This document shows positions 1 to 9,160 of a DNA stretch of 54,341 bases, piece after piece (the stretch's first letter is position 1; the number at the start of each line of letters is the position of its first letter). Below the pieces are notes generated by a model. The model was given only the letters and a program-made list of their open reading frames with translations. It was not told where the DNA came from and made no database searches. The translations under genes and the position numbers were made by a program. The DNA is from Myxococcales bacterium (lineage in GTDB: Bacteria > Myxococcota_A > UBA9160 > UBA4427). The stretch lies in contig DUCT01000257.1 of the NCBI GenBank assembly GCA_012959665.1, positions 1 to 54,341 on the forward strand, given 5' to 3'.

Positions 1-20
1 CATTTGCTCTTTCGCTGGCC

Positions 21-677
21 ATGTCTGGGGTACTCGGAGCCTTTTTGGCGAGCGATGCCTTGGCCAAGGCGCCGAAGACCGACGACGACAAGACCCTTTA
101 CTTCATCGGAATGGTGATCAGCGGTCAGCCCCCCTTCTCGGCCCTGCGGCCCGAAGAGGTCGACATGGTCGCCCAGGGCTTGAAGGATTCCCTGGCGGAT
201 AAAACCGTCGAAATCAACCCCGAGGAATACGGCAGCAAGGTCCAGGCATTCGTCCAGGGCCGCATGGATGAACAGGTCCAGAAGCAGAAGGCCGCCGGTG
301 AGGCCTACCTCGCCGAGAAAGCCGCCAGCGACGGCGCGAAGAAAACCGAATCTGGCCTAATCATTATCGAGAGCGAGCCGGGCGACGGCGATTCTCCCAA
401 GGCCACGGATACCGTGCGAGTCCACTACCACGGCATGCTCGCCGATGGCACGGTCTTCGACAGTTCGGTGGACCGGGGCGAGCCCGTGGAGTTTCCGTTG
501 AACCGTGTGATTCCCTGTTGGACCGAAGGCGTCACCATGATGAAGCCGGGCGGCAAAGCCCAGCTGATCTGCCCCGCGGAAATCGCCTATGGGGATCAGG
601 GCGCGCCGCCCACCATTCCGGGTGGAGCCACGCTGACCTTTGATGTTGAACTCATCGAGATTGTGCCGGCCCTCTAA
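21..677 (+). CDS. FKBP-type peptidyl-prolyl cis-trans isomerase (FkpA/FklB-like). The frame is open to the left window edge, so the true start may lie upstream.
   Basis: C-terminal FKBP domain: VRVHYHGMLADGTVFDSSVDRGEPVEF...GGATLTFDVELIEI. In-frame codons 3-20 read FALSLA and extend a signal-peptide-like stretch ending ASDALA/KAP. Confidence 0.85.
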   Translation: MSGVLGAFLASDALAKAPKTDDDKTLYFIGMVISGQPPFSALRPEEVDMVAQGLKDSLADKTVEINPEEYGSKVQAFVQGRMDEQVQKQKAAGEAYLAEKAASDGAKKTESGLIIIESEPGDGDSPKATDTVRVHYHGMLADGTVFDSSVDRGEPVEFPLNRVIPCWTEGVTMMKPGGKAQLICPAEIAYGDQGAPPTIPGGATLTFDVELIEIVPAL

Positions 678-737
678 GGGCTAAGGGCATAGTCACTGGT
701 CCGCGGGCCGCCTCGTCTTCCAGGGGTGGCCCGTCTT

Positions 738-760
738 CTAGGCCCAGAACACGGGCCTAG
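738..760. terminator. Hairpin between the convergent FKBP and mazG genes (possible bidirectional terminator)
   Basis: CTAGGCCC (738-745) pairs perfectly with GGGCCTAG (753-760) around a 7-nt loop. There is no flanking T-tract on either strand. Confidence 0.35.
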
Positions 761-772
761 CCGCCCGGGCAT

Positions 773-1495
773 CTAAGCGCCCTCTTCCTCGTCTTGCCCC
801 TCGTGCTTGTCTGCGCGAAAGCGCCCCTCGAAGCGGGCGTTGGCGTCGCGCAGGGCGCGCTCGGGATCCACGCCCAGAGCCCGGGCCAGTGCGACGGCGG
901 TAAACAGCACGTCCCCCAATTCTTCCCCCGCGGCCTCGGGCTCGGCGGAAAGATCCAGGAACCGCTGGGCCAGTTCGGCCTTGAGGGCCTCGGCGGAAGG
1001 GGGCTCCAAGTCCGCCTTGGCGCGCCCCTGAAGCTTGGCCGCGCGCATCAATGCGGGCAGCGCCTCGGCCACCCCGCCCAATGGGTCGCTGGTCGCGTCG
1101 CGGCGTGCGGCGCGGTCCCGGCGCTCCTCCGCCTTGGTGGCTTCCCAACTTCGGTGCACTTCCTCCAGAGAGCGCGTACCCGGCGCCTCGAAGACGTGGG
1201 GATGCCGGCGCACCAACTTTTCCGCGATGCCCTCAGCCACACGATTGAAATCAAAATGGCCCGCTTCATGGGCGAGTTGGGCGTGGTAGACCACTTGGAG
1301 GAGCAGGTCGCCGAGTTCCCCCAGCAGATCCTCCATATCGCCTCGACGGATGGCGTCGTCGACCTCGTAGGCCTCTTCGATGGTGTACGGCGCGATGCTT
1401 GCAAAATCCTGTTCGCGATCCCAGGGACAACCGTCCTCGGGGTCGCGCAAGCGCACCATGATCTCGAGCAAACGCTCCATCGCCTTCATGGGCAC
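773..1495 (-). CDS. mazG: Nucleoside triphosphate pyrophosphohydrolase MazG
   Basis: N-terminus MERLLEIMVRLRDPEDGCPWDREQDFASIAPYTIEEAYEVDDAI and a second EELGDVLF repeat are typical of tandem MazG domains. Confidence 0.9.
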   Translation of the reverse strand: MPMKAMERLLEIMVRLRDPEDGCPWDREQDFASIAPYTIEEAYEVDDAIRRGDMEDLLGELGDLLLQVVYHAQLAHEAGHFDFNRVAEGIAEKLVRRHPHVFEAPGTRSLEEVHRSWEATKAEERRDRAARRDATSDPLGGVAEALPALMRAAKLQGRAKADLEPPSAEALKAELAQRFLDLSAEPEAAGEELGDVLFTAVALARALGVDPERALRDANARFEGRFRADKHEGQDEEEGA

Positions 1496-1595
1496 CTTTC
1501 CGCTTTAACTCACCCACGATCTCGCCCGGGCACCCGGAGCCTGGGCCTTCCCGCCTCGGCCGCCGCCCCCCCCCCTCGAATGGGGGCGCGCTGGG

Positions 1596-2666
1596 TCAAC
1601 CATCCGCATCGCCCATCAGTCCCTCGAAGCGGGGCTTGTCCGTTGCTTTCATATAGGCATCGCGCCCGGTGATTTTTCCGTCTTTGGCCAACTGGAAGAG
1701 CACGTCATCCATCGCCTGCATACCGTCTGCCTTACCCGACTGTATCACCGACGCGAGCATCGGCGTATTGCCTTCCCGAATGATATTCGGAAGACCGGGC
1801 GTGCGCAGCAGGATCTCGTTGACCGCCACCCTCCCCTTTCCGTCGGCGGTGGGAAGCAGCAACTGGGACACAATCCCCGCCAGGGATTCGGACAGACTCA
1901 ATCGAACCATGTTCTGCTCATCCGCTGGAAAGGCGTCGATGATCCGGTCGATGGTCTTGGCCGCATTGTTGGTATGCAGGGTCCCGAAGACCAGCATGCC
2001 CATTTCCGCCGCCGTCATGGCCAGGGAAATCGTTTCCCGTTCGCGCATTTCGCCCACCAGAATCACGTCCGCATCCTGGCGGATTGCCGAGCGCAGCGCC
2101 GGGCCGAAGCCCAGGGTATGCAGCCCAACCTCTCGGTGGGAGAACGTCGATTTTTGATTCTGGTGCACAAATTCCACGGGGTCCTCGATGGTGACCACGT
2201 GCCTTGCGTAGGTTCGGTTCAGCTTGTCCACGATTGCGGCCAGGGTGGTGGATTTACCCGATCCCGTAGGCCCGGTCACTAGGACCAAGCCCTGATTCAA
2301 ATCCGCGAGGCCCGCAATCGCCTCGGAAAGGCCCAACTTTTCGACGGAAATAATTTCTTCGGGGATGATCCGAAAGACCGCTGCGGCACCCTGGTTCTGC
2401 ACAAAGTAATTGGCGCGAAAGCGCGCCATTCCCTCGATCCCATAGGCGAAGTCGAGATCTCGGGTCGCCTCGAATTCTTGCCAGGCCCGGGGCGAGGCAA
2501 TCTCTCTCAACATTCCGCGCAGGGCCTCGTCCCCCAGGACGGGCTCACCCTCAATCAATCGGATTTTGCCCTTTTCCCGAATGCGTGGCTGCAACCCCGC
2601 CGAGAGGTGAAGATCCGATCCGTCGTTTTCCTTCAAGTATTGAAGCAAGCGATCCAGTTCCGACAC
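1596..2666 (-). CDS. pilT: Type IV pilus twitching-motility (retraction) ATPase PilT
   Basis: Walker A GPTGSGKSTT, VILVGEMRE, LVFGTLHTN and PilT signature-like PNIIREGNT. I prefer the GTG start at 2666 because AAGGAG lies 7 nt upstream. The track ORF starts at TTG 2702. Confidence 0.85.
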   Translation of the reverse strand: MSELDRLLQYLKENDGSDLHLSAGLQPRIREKGKIRLIEGEPVLGDEALRGMLREIASPRAWQEFEATRDLDFAYGIEGMARFRANYFVQNQGAAAVFRIIPEEIISVEKLGLSEAIAGLADLNQGLVLVTGPTGSGKSTTLAAIVDKLNRTYARHVVTIEDPVEFVHQNQKSTFSHREVGLHTLGFGPALRSAIRQDADVILVGEMRERETISLAMTAAEMGMLVFGTLHTNNAAKTIDRIIDAFPADEQNMVRLSLSESLAGIVSQLLLPTADGKGRVAVNEILLRTPGLPNIIREGNTPMLASVIQSGKADGMQAMDDVLFQLAKDGKITGRDAYMKATDKPRFEGLMGDADG

Positions 2667-2698
2667 GCGGCTTTCTCCTTCGAACCTCACACCCGGTT

Positions 2699-4126
2699 TC
2701 AAACACCGGCCGTGATGAGTTTCTTTTCTTCTGCGATTCCAAGTGCGGTCTCGCGACTGATTTTCCCGGAAGCCACCAACTCGTTGAGCGACTGCTCGAG
2801 GAGAAACATCCCGTGCGCCTTTCCCGTTTGGATGGACGACCGAATTTGAACGGTCTTCTCCTCGCGAATCAAGTTCCCGATGGCCTTGTTGATGACCAGC
2901 ACTTCCAGGGCCGGGATCCTGCCCTCAACGTCGATCCGAGGCACCAGGCGCTGGGAAATCACGGCCCTCAACGACTCCGAGAGCATGGTCCGAACCTGGC
3001 CCTGCTCGTTGGAGGGGAAGGCTCCGATCATTCGGTTGATTGTTCGTACCGCGTTGTTGGTATGCAGCGACGCCAACACGAAATGTCCCGTTTCGGCAGC
3101 GGTCATGGCCAGGGAGATGGTTTCCAGATCGCGCAATTCGCCGATCACGATGACATCGGGATCCTCCCGCAATGCGCCGCGAAGTGCCCGAGCAAAGCTC
3201 TGGGTATGCCGCCCAGCGTGGCGTTGATTGACGATGCAGCGCTGGGAGGGATGAATCACCTCGATGGGATCCTCGATGGTCAGGATGTGTTCTTCGCGCT
3301 CTTGGTTGATCAGGTTCACCATTGCAGCCAGGGTGGTGGACTTTCCGCAGCCCGCGGGCCCGGTCACCAGAACCATGCCTTGGTGAAAATTTGTAAAGCG
3401 CGCGAGATCGCTGGGCAGCCCGAGTTCATCCAGGGTCGGGGGCTCGGCTGAAATCGACCGGAACACCGCATCGAAGCCGCGCTGCTGGCGGTAGGCGTTG
3501 GCGCGAAAGCGGCCCACTCCTTCGAGATCGAAGCAGAAGTCGATTTCCCCCTCCCGACGCAGTTCTTCCTTTTGGACCCGTGTCAGAGCCGAGGCCACGA
3601 GACGTTCCACCTCATCGGCGGAGAAGCCATGGGTTTCAGCTTCCGAAAGCACACCGTGGGTTCGAAGCCTGAGCCCGCCCCCGGCGTGCAGATGAATATC
3701 ACTGGCCCCGCGGTCCCGGGCCGAGCTGAGAAGTCGACTCAGGGATTCGGAGTCGCCTTCAACCGGGGATGCCAGGGTCAACCCCAGGGAGTCCTGTTCG
3801 ACCGCGCCGGCCCCACTCGCCGAATCCGCCTTTTGTCCCGGTGCCGAGGTTTTGGGGCCCGGTGCATCCGGCGGGCCCGCGCCCCGGGTTTCCGCTTTCA
3901 GCTCGGCGTCCTTACGCGCCTGATGTTTCGCGATCAGGTCCTTCTGGACCGCAGCCAACTTTTCGAGATCCTTGGCGGTGACGAATCCCTGTTCCACCAG
4001 GATCTGGCCGAGACGCTTTTCGGGAGAGAGCCCCTGCTCCCGGGTCGCCTGATTGAGTTGATCCATATCGATCATCTTGAGCTGAATCGCGATGCGACCG
4101 AGCAGGGGAAGTTTTTTTTCCGCCAT
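2699..4126 (-). CDS. PilT/PilU-family ATPase with an N-terminal MshEN/T2SSE_N-like extension and a low-complexity linker
   Basis: The C-terminal two thirds are PilT-like: GPAGCGKSTT, VIVIGELRD, ASLHTN, AIGNLIREEKTVQI. The N-terminal 60 aa carry two tandem 24-aa RLGxxLVxxGxV....L...L..Q-like motifs. ATG at 4126 (MAEKKLPLLGR). Confidence 0.85.
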   Translation of the reverse strand: MAEKKLPLLGRIAIQLKMIDMDQLNQATREQGLSPEKRLGQILVEQGFVTAKDLEKLAAVQKDLIAKHQARKDAELKAETRGAGPPDAPGPKTSAPGQKADSASGAGAVEQDSLGLTLASPVEGDSESLSRLLSSARDRGASDIHLHAGGGLRLRTHGVLSEAETHGFSADEVERLVASALTRVQKEELRREGEIDFCFDLEGVGRFRANAYRQQRGFDAVFRSISAEPPTLDELGLPSDLARFTNFHQGMVLVTGPAGCGKSTTLAAMVNLINQEREEHILTIEDPIEVIHPSQRCIVNQRHAGRHTQSFARALRGALREDPDVIVIGELRDLETISLAMTAAETGHFVLASLHTNNAVRTINRMIGAFPSNEQGQVRTMLSESLRAVISQRLVPRIDVEGRIPALEVLVINKAIGNLIREEKTVQIRSSIQTGKAHGMFLLEQSLNELVASGKISRETALGIAEEKKLITAGV

Positions 4127-4366
4127 GGGATGGCCCTGTCTTTGTTTTCTGCCGGCGGAGCCGACTTCGGGGAATGCCAACTGGATCGGGACGATGGAAG
4201 CGGTGGGCTTGGAGCCCGAAGGCGGGTAGCCTCTGCGACCCTTAGACCTTATCGCCTAATCGCTTAATCCCTTAATCCCTTCGGACACTCGCCCCACAAA
4301 GCTGAGCCCAAGTTGCCGCCTGCCTGCCCGTCGGCTCCATAATTCCCTCGGAAGGAAACTCGCCCC
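4127..4366. promoter_or_regulatory. Divergent intergenic region between the pilT-like operon (-) and yhbY (+); contains degenerate 8-bp tandem units
   Basis: Divergent gene starts flank the region. CGCCTAAT CGCTTAAT CCCTTAAT CCCTTCGG lies at 4253-4284. No promoter consensus identified. Confidence 0.4.
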
Positions 4367-4714
4367 ATGGCCGAAACTGAAGCGTCTCCCGCCCCCACCG
4401 TGCTGACCGGGCGCCAGCGCAGACACCTGCGCGGGCTCGCCAATCCGCGCAAGCCCCTGGTTCACGTGGGCGAAGCGGGAGTTTCCGAGGCCGTGGTCCG
4501 CGCTCTGGACAGCGCCCTGGAAGGCCATGAACTGGTCAAAGTCAAACTCCAACAGCCCGCCGACAAGAAAGCCGAGGCGCAGCTGCTCGCCGAGAAAACC
4601 GGCGCCGCCCTCTGCGGCCTGGTGGGCCACACCGTCATCCTCTACCGCCCCAGGCAGGAAAACCCCGAGATCGAGCTCCCGACCCAGGGCGAGTCATTCC
4701 CTCGGTCCCGGTAG
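4367..4714 (+). CDS. yhbY: YhbY-like CRM-domain RNA-binding protein
   Basis: LTGRQRRHLRGLANPRKPLVHVGEAGVSEAVVRALDSALEGHELVKVKL matches the YhbY/CRS1 fold signature. Size (115 aa) is typical. Confidence 0.85.
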   Translation: MAETEASPAPTVLTGRQRRHLRGLANPRKPLVHVGEAGVSEAVVRALDSALEGHELVKVKLQQPADKKAEAQLLAEKTGAALCGLVGHTVILYRPRQENPEIELPTQGESFPRSR

Positions 4715-4795
4715 AAGCGCTTGTTTAGAAGCGCTTGTTTAGAAGCGCTTGTTTAGAAGCGCTTGTTTAGAAGCGCTTGTTTAGAAGCGCTTGTG
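4712..4795. repeat. Perfect tandem array, 14 bp x 6 (TAGAAGCGCTTGTT; last unit ends GTG), with the palindromic core AAGCGCTT
   Basis: Read directly. Units lie at 4712, 4726, 4740, 4754, 4768 and 4782. The first unit begins on the yhbY TAG stop. The array fills the convergent gap up to the stop of the next gene (4804). Confidence 0.98.
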
Positions 4796-4803
4796 TCCCC
4801 GCC

Positions 4804-5790
4804 CTACCAGCCGCGCAGATCCACCGGCCAGGTGTCGATCACTTGGTCGCCGGCCACAAGATGGAAGCTCTCGTGGTAGGCGACCGTGGGATCGACATGG
4901 GCCGGCAGGACCCGAATGTGGTCCCCGATAGCCACGGGTTTTTCCGGGGCGAAGGTGATGTGCTCATCGGAGCAGAACCAGATCCGCGCGCCCTCGATGG
5001 TCGGGTTGCCGTGGTCCATGCCCAAGGCCTTGAGGCCGCAGTCGGCCACCGCAAAGCCGTCGCCCAGGGAGATCACCGTGGCCAGAACCCAAAAGGCCTG
5101 GGCAAAGGGCAACGCCAGGGCCGCATAGGCGGTATCCATCAAAACGTAGGACCCCGCTTGGATTTCACTCGCCCAGGTGTTGCAGTCGTAGGTGCCCGTG
5201 CCCCCGGCCGAAATCAACTCGCCGCCCACCTCGGCGTGGGCCTTCATCAGAAGCGCCATGCTCTCGCTGCAGGCCTGCTCGCGTTCGGCCCGAGCCGCGA
5301 CGCCCACAGCATGCCCCTCATACCCCATGACCCCGCGAACCCCCAGACCCTTGCGACGGGCGGCGTCGGCCAGGGCGCCCGCGCGAGCGGGCGGACAACC
5401 GCACCGGGGCAGCCCCACATTCACGTCGATCAGAACCTCTCCGACTCCGCCCCGAACAGCCGCATTGATGGTCTCCTCCGAATCCACCGCCACCGTCACC
5501 CGGGCATCCAGAGCACCGAGGCGGCTCGCATCGAGCACCTCGTTGGCCAGGAGCAGATCCTCGCCGAGGCCCGCCGCCGCCATGCCCTCCATCTCGCGAA
5601 TCGTGGCGCAGCAGAAGCGCGAGTGCCCCGCGGCGCGCTGGCGAGCCGCAATGGCGGTGCACTTGTGCGCTTTCACATGGGGGCGCAGACGCTCCCCCGG
5701 CAGGGCGAGCGCCATCGCGGCAATATTCGCATCCAGGGCTTGGGGATCGAGGAGCAGCGCGGGGGTCTGAAGATCGTGGATCGTGGCCAT
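4804..5790 (-). CDS. PLP-dependent D-serine dehydratase-like / D-threonine aldolase-like enzyme (alanine racemase N-terminal fold)
   Basis: PALLLD...RLRPHVKAHKC (PLP-Lys context) and a C-terminal HICP-type tail (DEHITF...VLPAHVDPTV). ATG at 5790 (MATIHDL) avoids overlap with the amidase stop. Confidence 0.7.
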   Translation of the reverse strand: MATIHDLQTPALLLDPQALDANIAAMALALPGERLRPHVKAHKCTAIAARQRAAGHSRFCCATIREMEGMAAAGLGEDLLLANEVLDASRLGALDARVTVAVDSEETINAAVRGGVGEVLIDVNVGLPRCGCPPARAGALADAARRKGLGVRGVMGYEGHAVGVAARAEREQACSESMALLMKAHAEVGGELISAGGTGTYDCNTWASEIQAGSYVLMDTAYAALALPFAQAFWVLATVISLGDGFAVADCGLKALGMDHGNPTIEGARIWFCSDEHITFAPEKPVAIGDHIRVLPAHVDPTVAYHESFHLVAGDQVIDTWPVDLRGW

Positions 5791-5795
5791 TGAGA

Positions 5796-7202
5796 TCAGA
5801 CCGTCGGCCAGGTGTCGAAACATTGGGTGTGGCGCTCGAAGGCCCGGGCCACTTGCAGGACCAAGTCATCGCGATGACGCGGGCCGACGATCTGCAGGCC
5901 AACGGGAAGCCCCGCGCTGGACAGACCCGCGCGCACAGTCGCCGCCGGATGCCAGGAGAGATTGAAGGGCATGGTGAACGAACCGAAATTGGCCGCCGGC
6001 TGGGGGCGGCCGTCCAGTTCGGCCAGGAAGGGCCCCCGGGCGGGGGGCGCGTCATAGGGAACCGTCGGTGACAGCAACACGTCGTAGCGCTCGAAAATAT
6101 CAGCCAGGGTGGCGTTGATCTCCGAGCGGAGGCGGCGCATTTCCCCCCAGCGCTTGGGGTTCATTTTCGACCCCGCCTTGACGCCCCCGATGAAGGAACG
6201 CCCGAAGTCTTCCTCCTGCCCGGGCAACAGGGCATGCAACCGGGCCAGCAGTTCCCAGGAACCGCTGAAGCCCCAGGCCCCGCCAGGCTCGGGCAAGCCC
6301 ACCTCCAGGGCATCCAGGGAAATTCCGATTTCGGGCAGCACCCCCGCCGCCTCTTCGGCGATTCGGGCGACATCGGACTGGACCACCGCGTAGCCGAGGT
6401 CCGGCGAATAGGCGGCCCGCAGGCCGCTGGGCAGGTCGTCGAGGATGGCGCGATAGGAAAAACCCACCGAGGGCAGGGAATTCGGGTCCAGGGGGTGCGG
6501 CCCAGCCACCAGATCCAGGTGGAGCGCGGCATCGGCCACGGTCCGGGTGAGCGGGCCGTGCACCGAGGTGTCATCCATCACCCAGAGATCGTGGGGGCCG
6601 GTCGGGATCCGCCCGTAGCTTCCCTTCAGGCCGAAACAGCCGGTCACCGAGGCGGGAATCCGCACCGAACCGCCCCCATCGCTGGCCGTGGCCAGGGCGA
6701 TCACGCCCCCGGCAATGCCCGCCGCCGACCCGCCGCTGGAACCCCCGGGCGTCCGGTCCAGGTTCCAGGGATTGTGCGAAGCCCCGAAGAGCAGGTTCTT
6801 TGAAATCGCCGTATAACCGAACTCGGGGGTATTCGTCTTGCCCACCACCAGGGCACCCGCGGCGCGAAGCCGCTCGGTTTGCAGGGAATCCCGAGTCGCC
6901 CGGTTGTCCTTGAAGGGCACCGATCCGTAACTCGTCACCATGCCTTCGACGTCTTCGAGATCCTTTACGCCGAGTGGGATCCCCTCGAGTTCCCGGCCCT
7001 CCCCGGCGGCGATGCGCGAATCCGCCCGGCGAGCCTGGTCAAGCAGCAACTCCTCATCGGCCACACTTGTGAAGCAGTTGAGAGTCGACTGGGTTTCATC
7101 GATGCGATGGAGCGTCGCCCGCATCAGTTCCTCGGCGGAAATTTCTCGAGCCGCCAGGCCGGCAATCATTTCGGTCAGCGGTCGCTTCAGCCATTCCTTC
7201 AT
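5796..7202 (-). CDS. Amidase-signature family amidase
   Basis: The GGSSGGSAAGIAGG amidase signature and a KDL..V.G motif (GVKDLEDVEG) are present. Confidence 0.85.
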   Translation of the reverse strand: MKEWLKRPLTEMIAGLAAREISAEELMRATLHRIDETQSTLNCFTSVADEELLLDQARRADSRIAAGEGRELEGIPLGVKDLEDVEGMVTSYGSVPFKDNRATRDSLQTERLRAAGALVVGKTNTPEFGYTAISKNLLFGASHNPWNLDRTPGGSSGGSAAGIAGGVIALATASDGGGSVRIPASVTGCFGLKGSYGRIPTGPHDLWVMDDTSVHGPLTRTVADAALHLDLVAGPHPLDPNSLPSVGFSYRAILDDLPSGLRAAYSPDLGYAVVQSDVARIAEEAAGVLPEIGISLDALEVGLPEPGGAWGFSGSWELLARLHALLPGQEEDFGRSFIGGVKAGSKMNPKRWGEMRRLRSEINATLADIFERYDVLLSPTVPYDAPPARGPFLAELDGRPQPAANFGSFTMPFNLSWHPAATVRAGLSSAGLPVGLQIVGPRHRDDLVLQVARAFERHTQCFDTWPTV

Positions 7203-7320
7203 ATGAGCCTCTCCATGAAATTCTCTCCTTGGGAGTCAACCGGTGACTTCGAGCTCGGGTTCTTGTCACGGATCAGGTGCGGAGCAGGCACGTCGCCCGA
7301 AAGAGCCACTGCGCCGAAAA

Positions 7321-7953
7321 TCAAAAATGGCACATCGCGCCCAGCCGAATCATTCCAATCCCCGCAATCGTATTGCTGTTACTCGCATAGTAGTTGGCAT
7401 CCATGAATGTTCCCCAATGCTTGCTGATCATGACTTCCATGCCCGCCCCAAAGCGAAAGAGAAAAACAGTTTCGCTCAGCGAACTGCCGAACTCGGAAGA
7501 ACTGCGCGAGGTCTGTTCCGAAATTCCGCTTCCGACGCCAAAGGCGATGTAGGGTTGCACCCAACCCGGCACATAACGCGAAGTCAGTACAAAGGGATAG
7601 AACTTGACCGCAGCACCCACCGAGAGCAGGGAAGCATCCGCGTTCACCGCCCCATTCAGCACCACATCCCCCGCCCCCAACCACAGGACTTCGACATCCG
7701 CGCCCACCCAGCCGTTGAAGCGATAGCCGCCGGTGAACGAGAAGCCGATCATCGTTCCGTCCGTTGTGCCTAACCCGCTGGTTCCGTCCATGTTGTCCCA
7801 ACCAATGGGGACGGCGAATTGTCCGTAGAAACCCTGGGCATCCCGGTAGGTCTGCGCCTGAGCAACGGTCGAAAAAGCGATCAGAAAGAACAAAGATGCA
7901 AAGAGACGACTGGAATTCTTCAAGGAATTAAAGCCTTTCCGGTGTTTTCTCAA
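7321..7953 (-). CDS. Small outer-membrane beta-barrel protein (OmpA-like/OmpW-like barrel family)
   Basis: Signal peptide LFASLFFLIAFSTVAQA/QT, alternating hydrophobic beta-strand pattern and a C-terminal aromatic residue (...GAMCHF). Confidence 0.7.
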   Translation of the reverse strand: MRKHRKGFNSLKNSSRLFASLFFLIAFSTVAQAQTYRDAQGFYGQFAVPIGWDNMDGTSGLGTTDGTMIGFSFTGGYRFNGWVGADVEVLWLGAGDVVLNGAVNADASLLSVGAAVKFYPFVLTSRYVPGWVQPYIAFGVGSGISEQTSRSSSEFGSSLSETVFLFRFGAGMEVMISKHWGTFMDANYYASNSNTIAGIGMIRLGAMCHF

Positions 7954-8116
7954 TGGGTTTTCCAGGTTTCATCCCGGTGCCGGACGCCCGGGAAGCCGGG
8001 GGGTTCGTCCTCCCAGGCGGGCGCCCCAATTCAAGGGGAGGTTCCCCAACCGAACGGGGAGTAAAATCAATCTGCGGAGAAATCCGTATCAACCAAGACC
8101 CACGCGAGTCCTGCGG

Positions 8117-9058
8117 TCAGAGATAGCTGAGCCAATCGGCGTAGCGATCATCCCGGCCCTCAACAATGTCGAAGTAGGCGGTTTGCAATTTTTCCGTGAC
8201 GGGCCCTCGCTTGCCCGATCCGATCGAGCGGTGATCGATCTCGCGAATCGGAGTGACTTCGGCGGCGGTTCCTGTCAGAAAAATTTCGTCGGCGATGTAG
8301 AGATCATCCCGGGTGACCGCCGTCTCCTCGATCTCCATCTCCATGTCTTTGGCCACTTGGATCACAGTGGCCCGAGTAATTCCATCGAGAATCGTGCCCA
8401 GGGCCGGGGTTCGTATTTTCCCGTCACGAACAACGAAAATATTCTCGCCCGAACATTCCGAAACGAATCCCTGAGTATCCAGCATCACCGCCTCGTCGTA
8501 GCCATCGAGCAGCGCCTCTCGCTTCGCGAGAATGGAGTTCACGTAGTCCCCACACGTCTTGCCGTTGGTCATCTTGGCGTTCACGTGATGACGCGCGAAG
8601 GTGGAGACCTTGGCGCGGATGCCCCGAGCCATGCCCTCTTCACCCAGATATTTACCCCACTGCCAAGCGATTACGGCAACACGAATCGCGTTGTCGCCCG
8701 GGTTCAGCCCCATGGCGCCGTCGCCGATGAAGACCAGCGGGCGGACATAGCCCTCGACCAGATTGTTCCGTCGCAGGCAATCGAGAATCACTTCGTTAAT
8801 CGTCTCGGCCTTGTACGGCACATCGAGCAAATTGATATGCGCAGAATCGTAGAGCCGGCGAACATGCTCGGGCAAACGGAACACCGCGGAACGGTCGTCC
8901 GCCATTCGATAGCAACGAATACCTTCGAATACGCCCAGGCCATAGTGAAGGCTATGGGTCAGCACATGAACCCGCGCCTCATCCCATGCGACGAATTCAC
9001 CGTCGAGCCAGATCGTCTCGCCCGTTACACCCTGGGCGGCGTCCTCACCCATACCCAT
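8117..9058 (-). CDS. ilvE: Branched-chain amino acid aminotransferase (fold-type IV PLP)
   Basis: HSLHYGLGVFEGIRCY, GENIFVVRDGKI, LDGITR and EIFLTGTAAEVTPI are present. Confidence 0.9.
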   Translation of the reverse strand: MGMGEDAAQGVTGETIWLDGEFVAWDEARVHVLTHSLHYGLGVFEGIRCYRMADDRSAVFRLPEHVRRLYDSAHINLLDVPYKAETINEVILDCLRRNNLVEGYVRPLVFIGDGAMGLNPGDNAIRVAVIAWQWGKYLGEEGMARGIRAKVSTFARHHVNAKMTNGKTCGDYVNSILAKREALLDGYDEAVMLDTQGFVSECSGENIFVVRDGKIRTPALGTILDGITRATVIQVAKDMEMEIEETAVTRDDLYIADEIFLTGTAAEVTPIREIDHRSIGSGKRGPVTEKLQTAYFDIVEGRDDRYADWLSYL

Positions 9059-9160
9059 CTCCTCTTTGATACGTTTGCGCCCGTCCCTGCACCGAGAGCA
9101 GAAGATCGGGCCGCCCCAGTTTGACCGCCCGCGGCCGCCCTTGCAACGGCAGACCCGCCG

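Noticed and set aside
4712-4795. Possibility that the 14-bp x 6 array is a CRISPR array.
   Set aside because: The units are directly abutting with no spacers. The unit length is far below CRISPR repeat size, and no cas genes are present.
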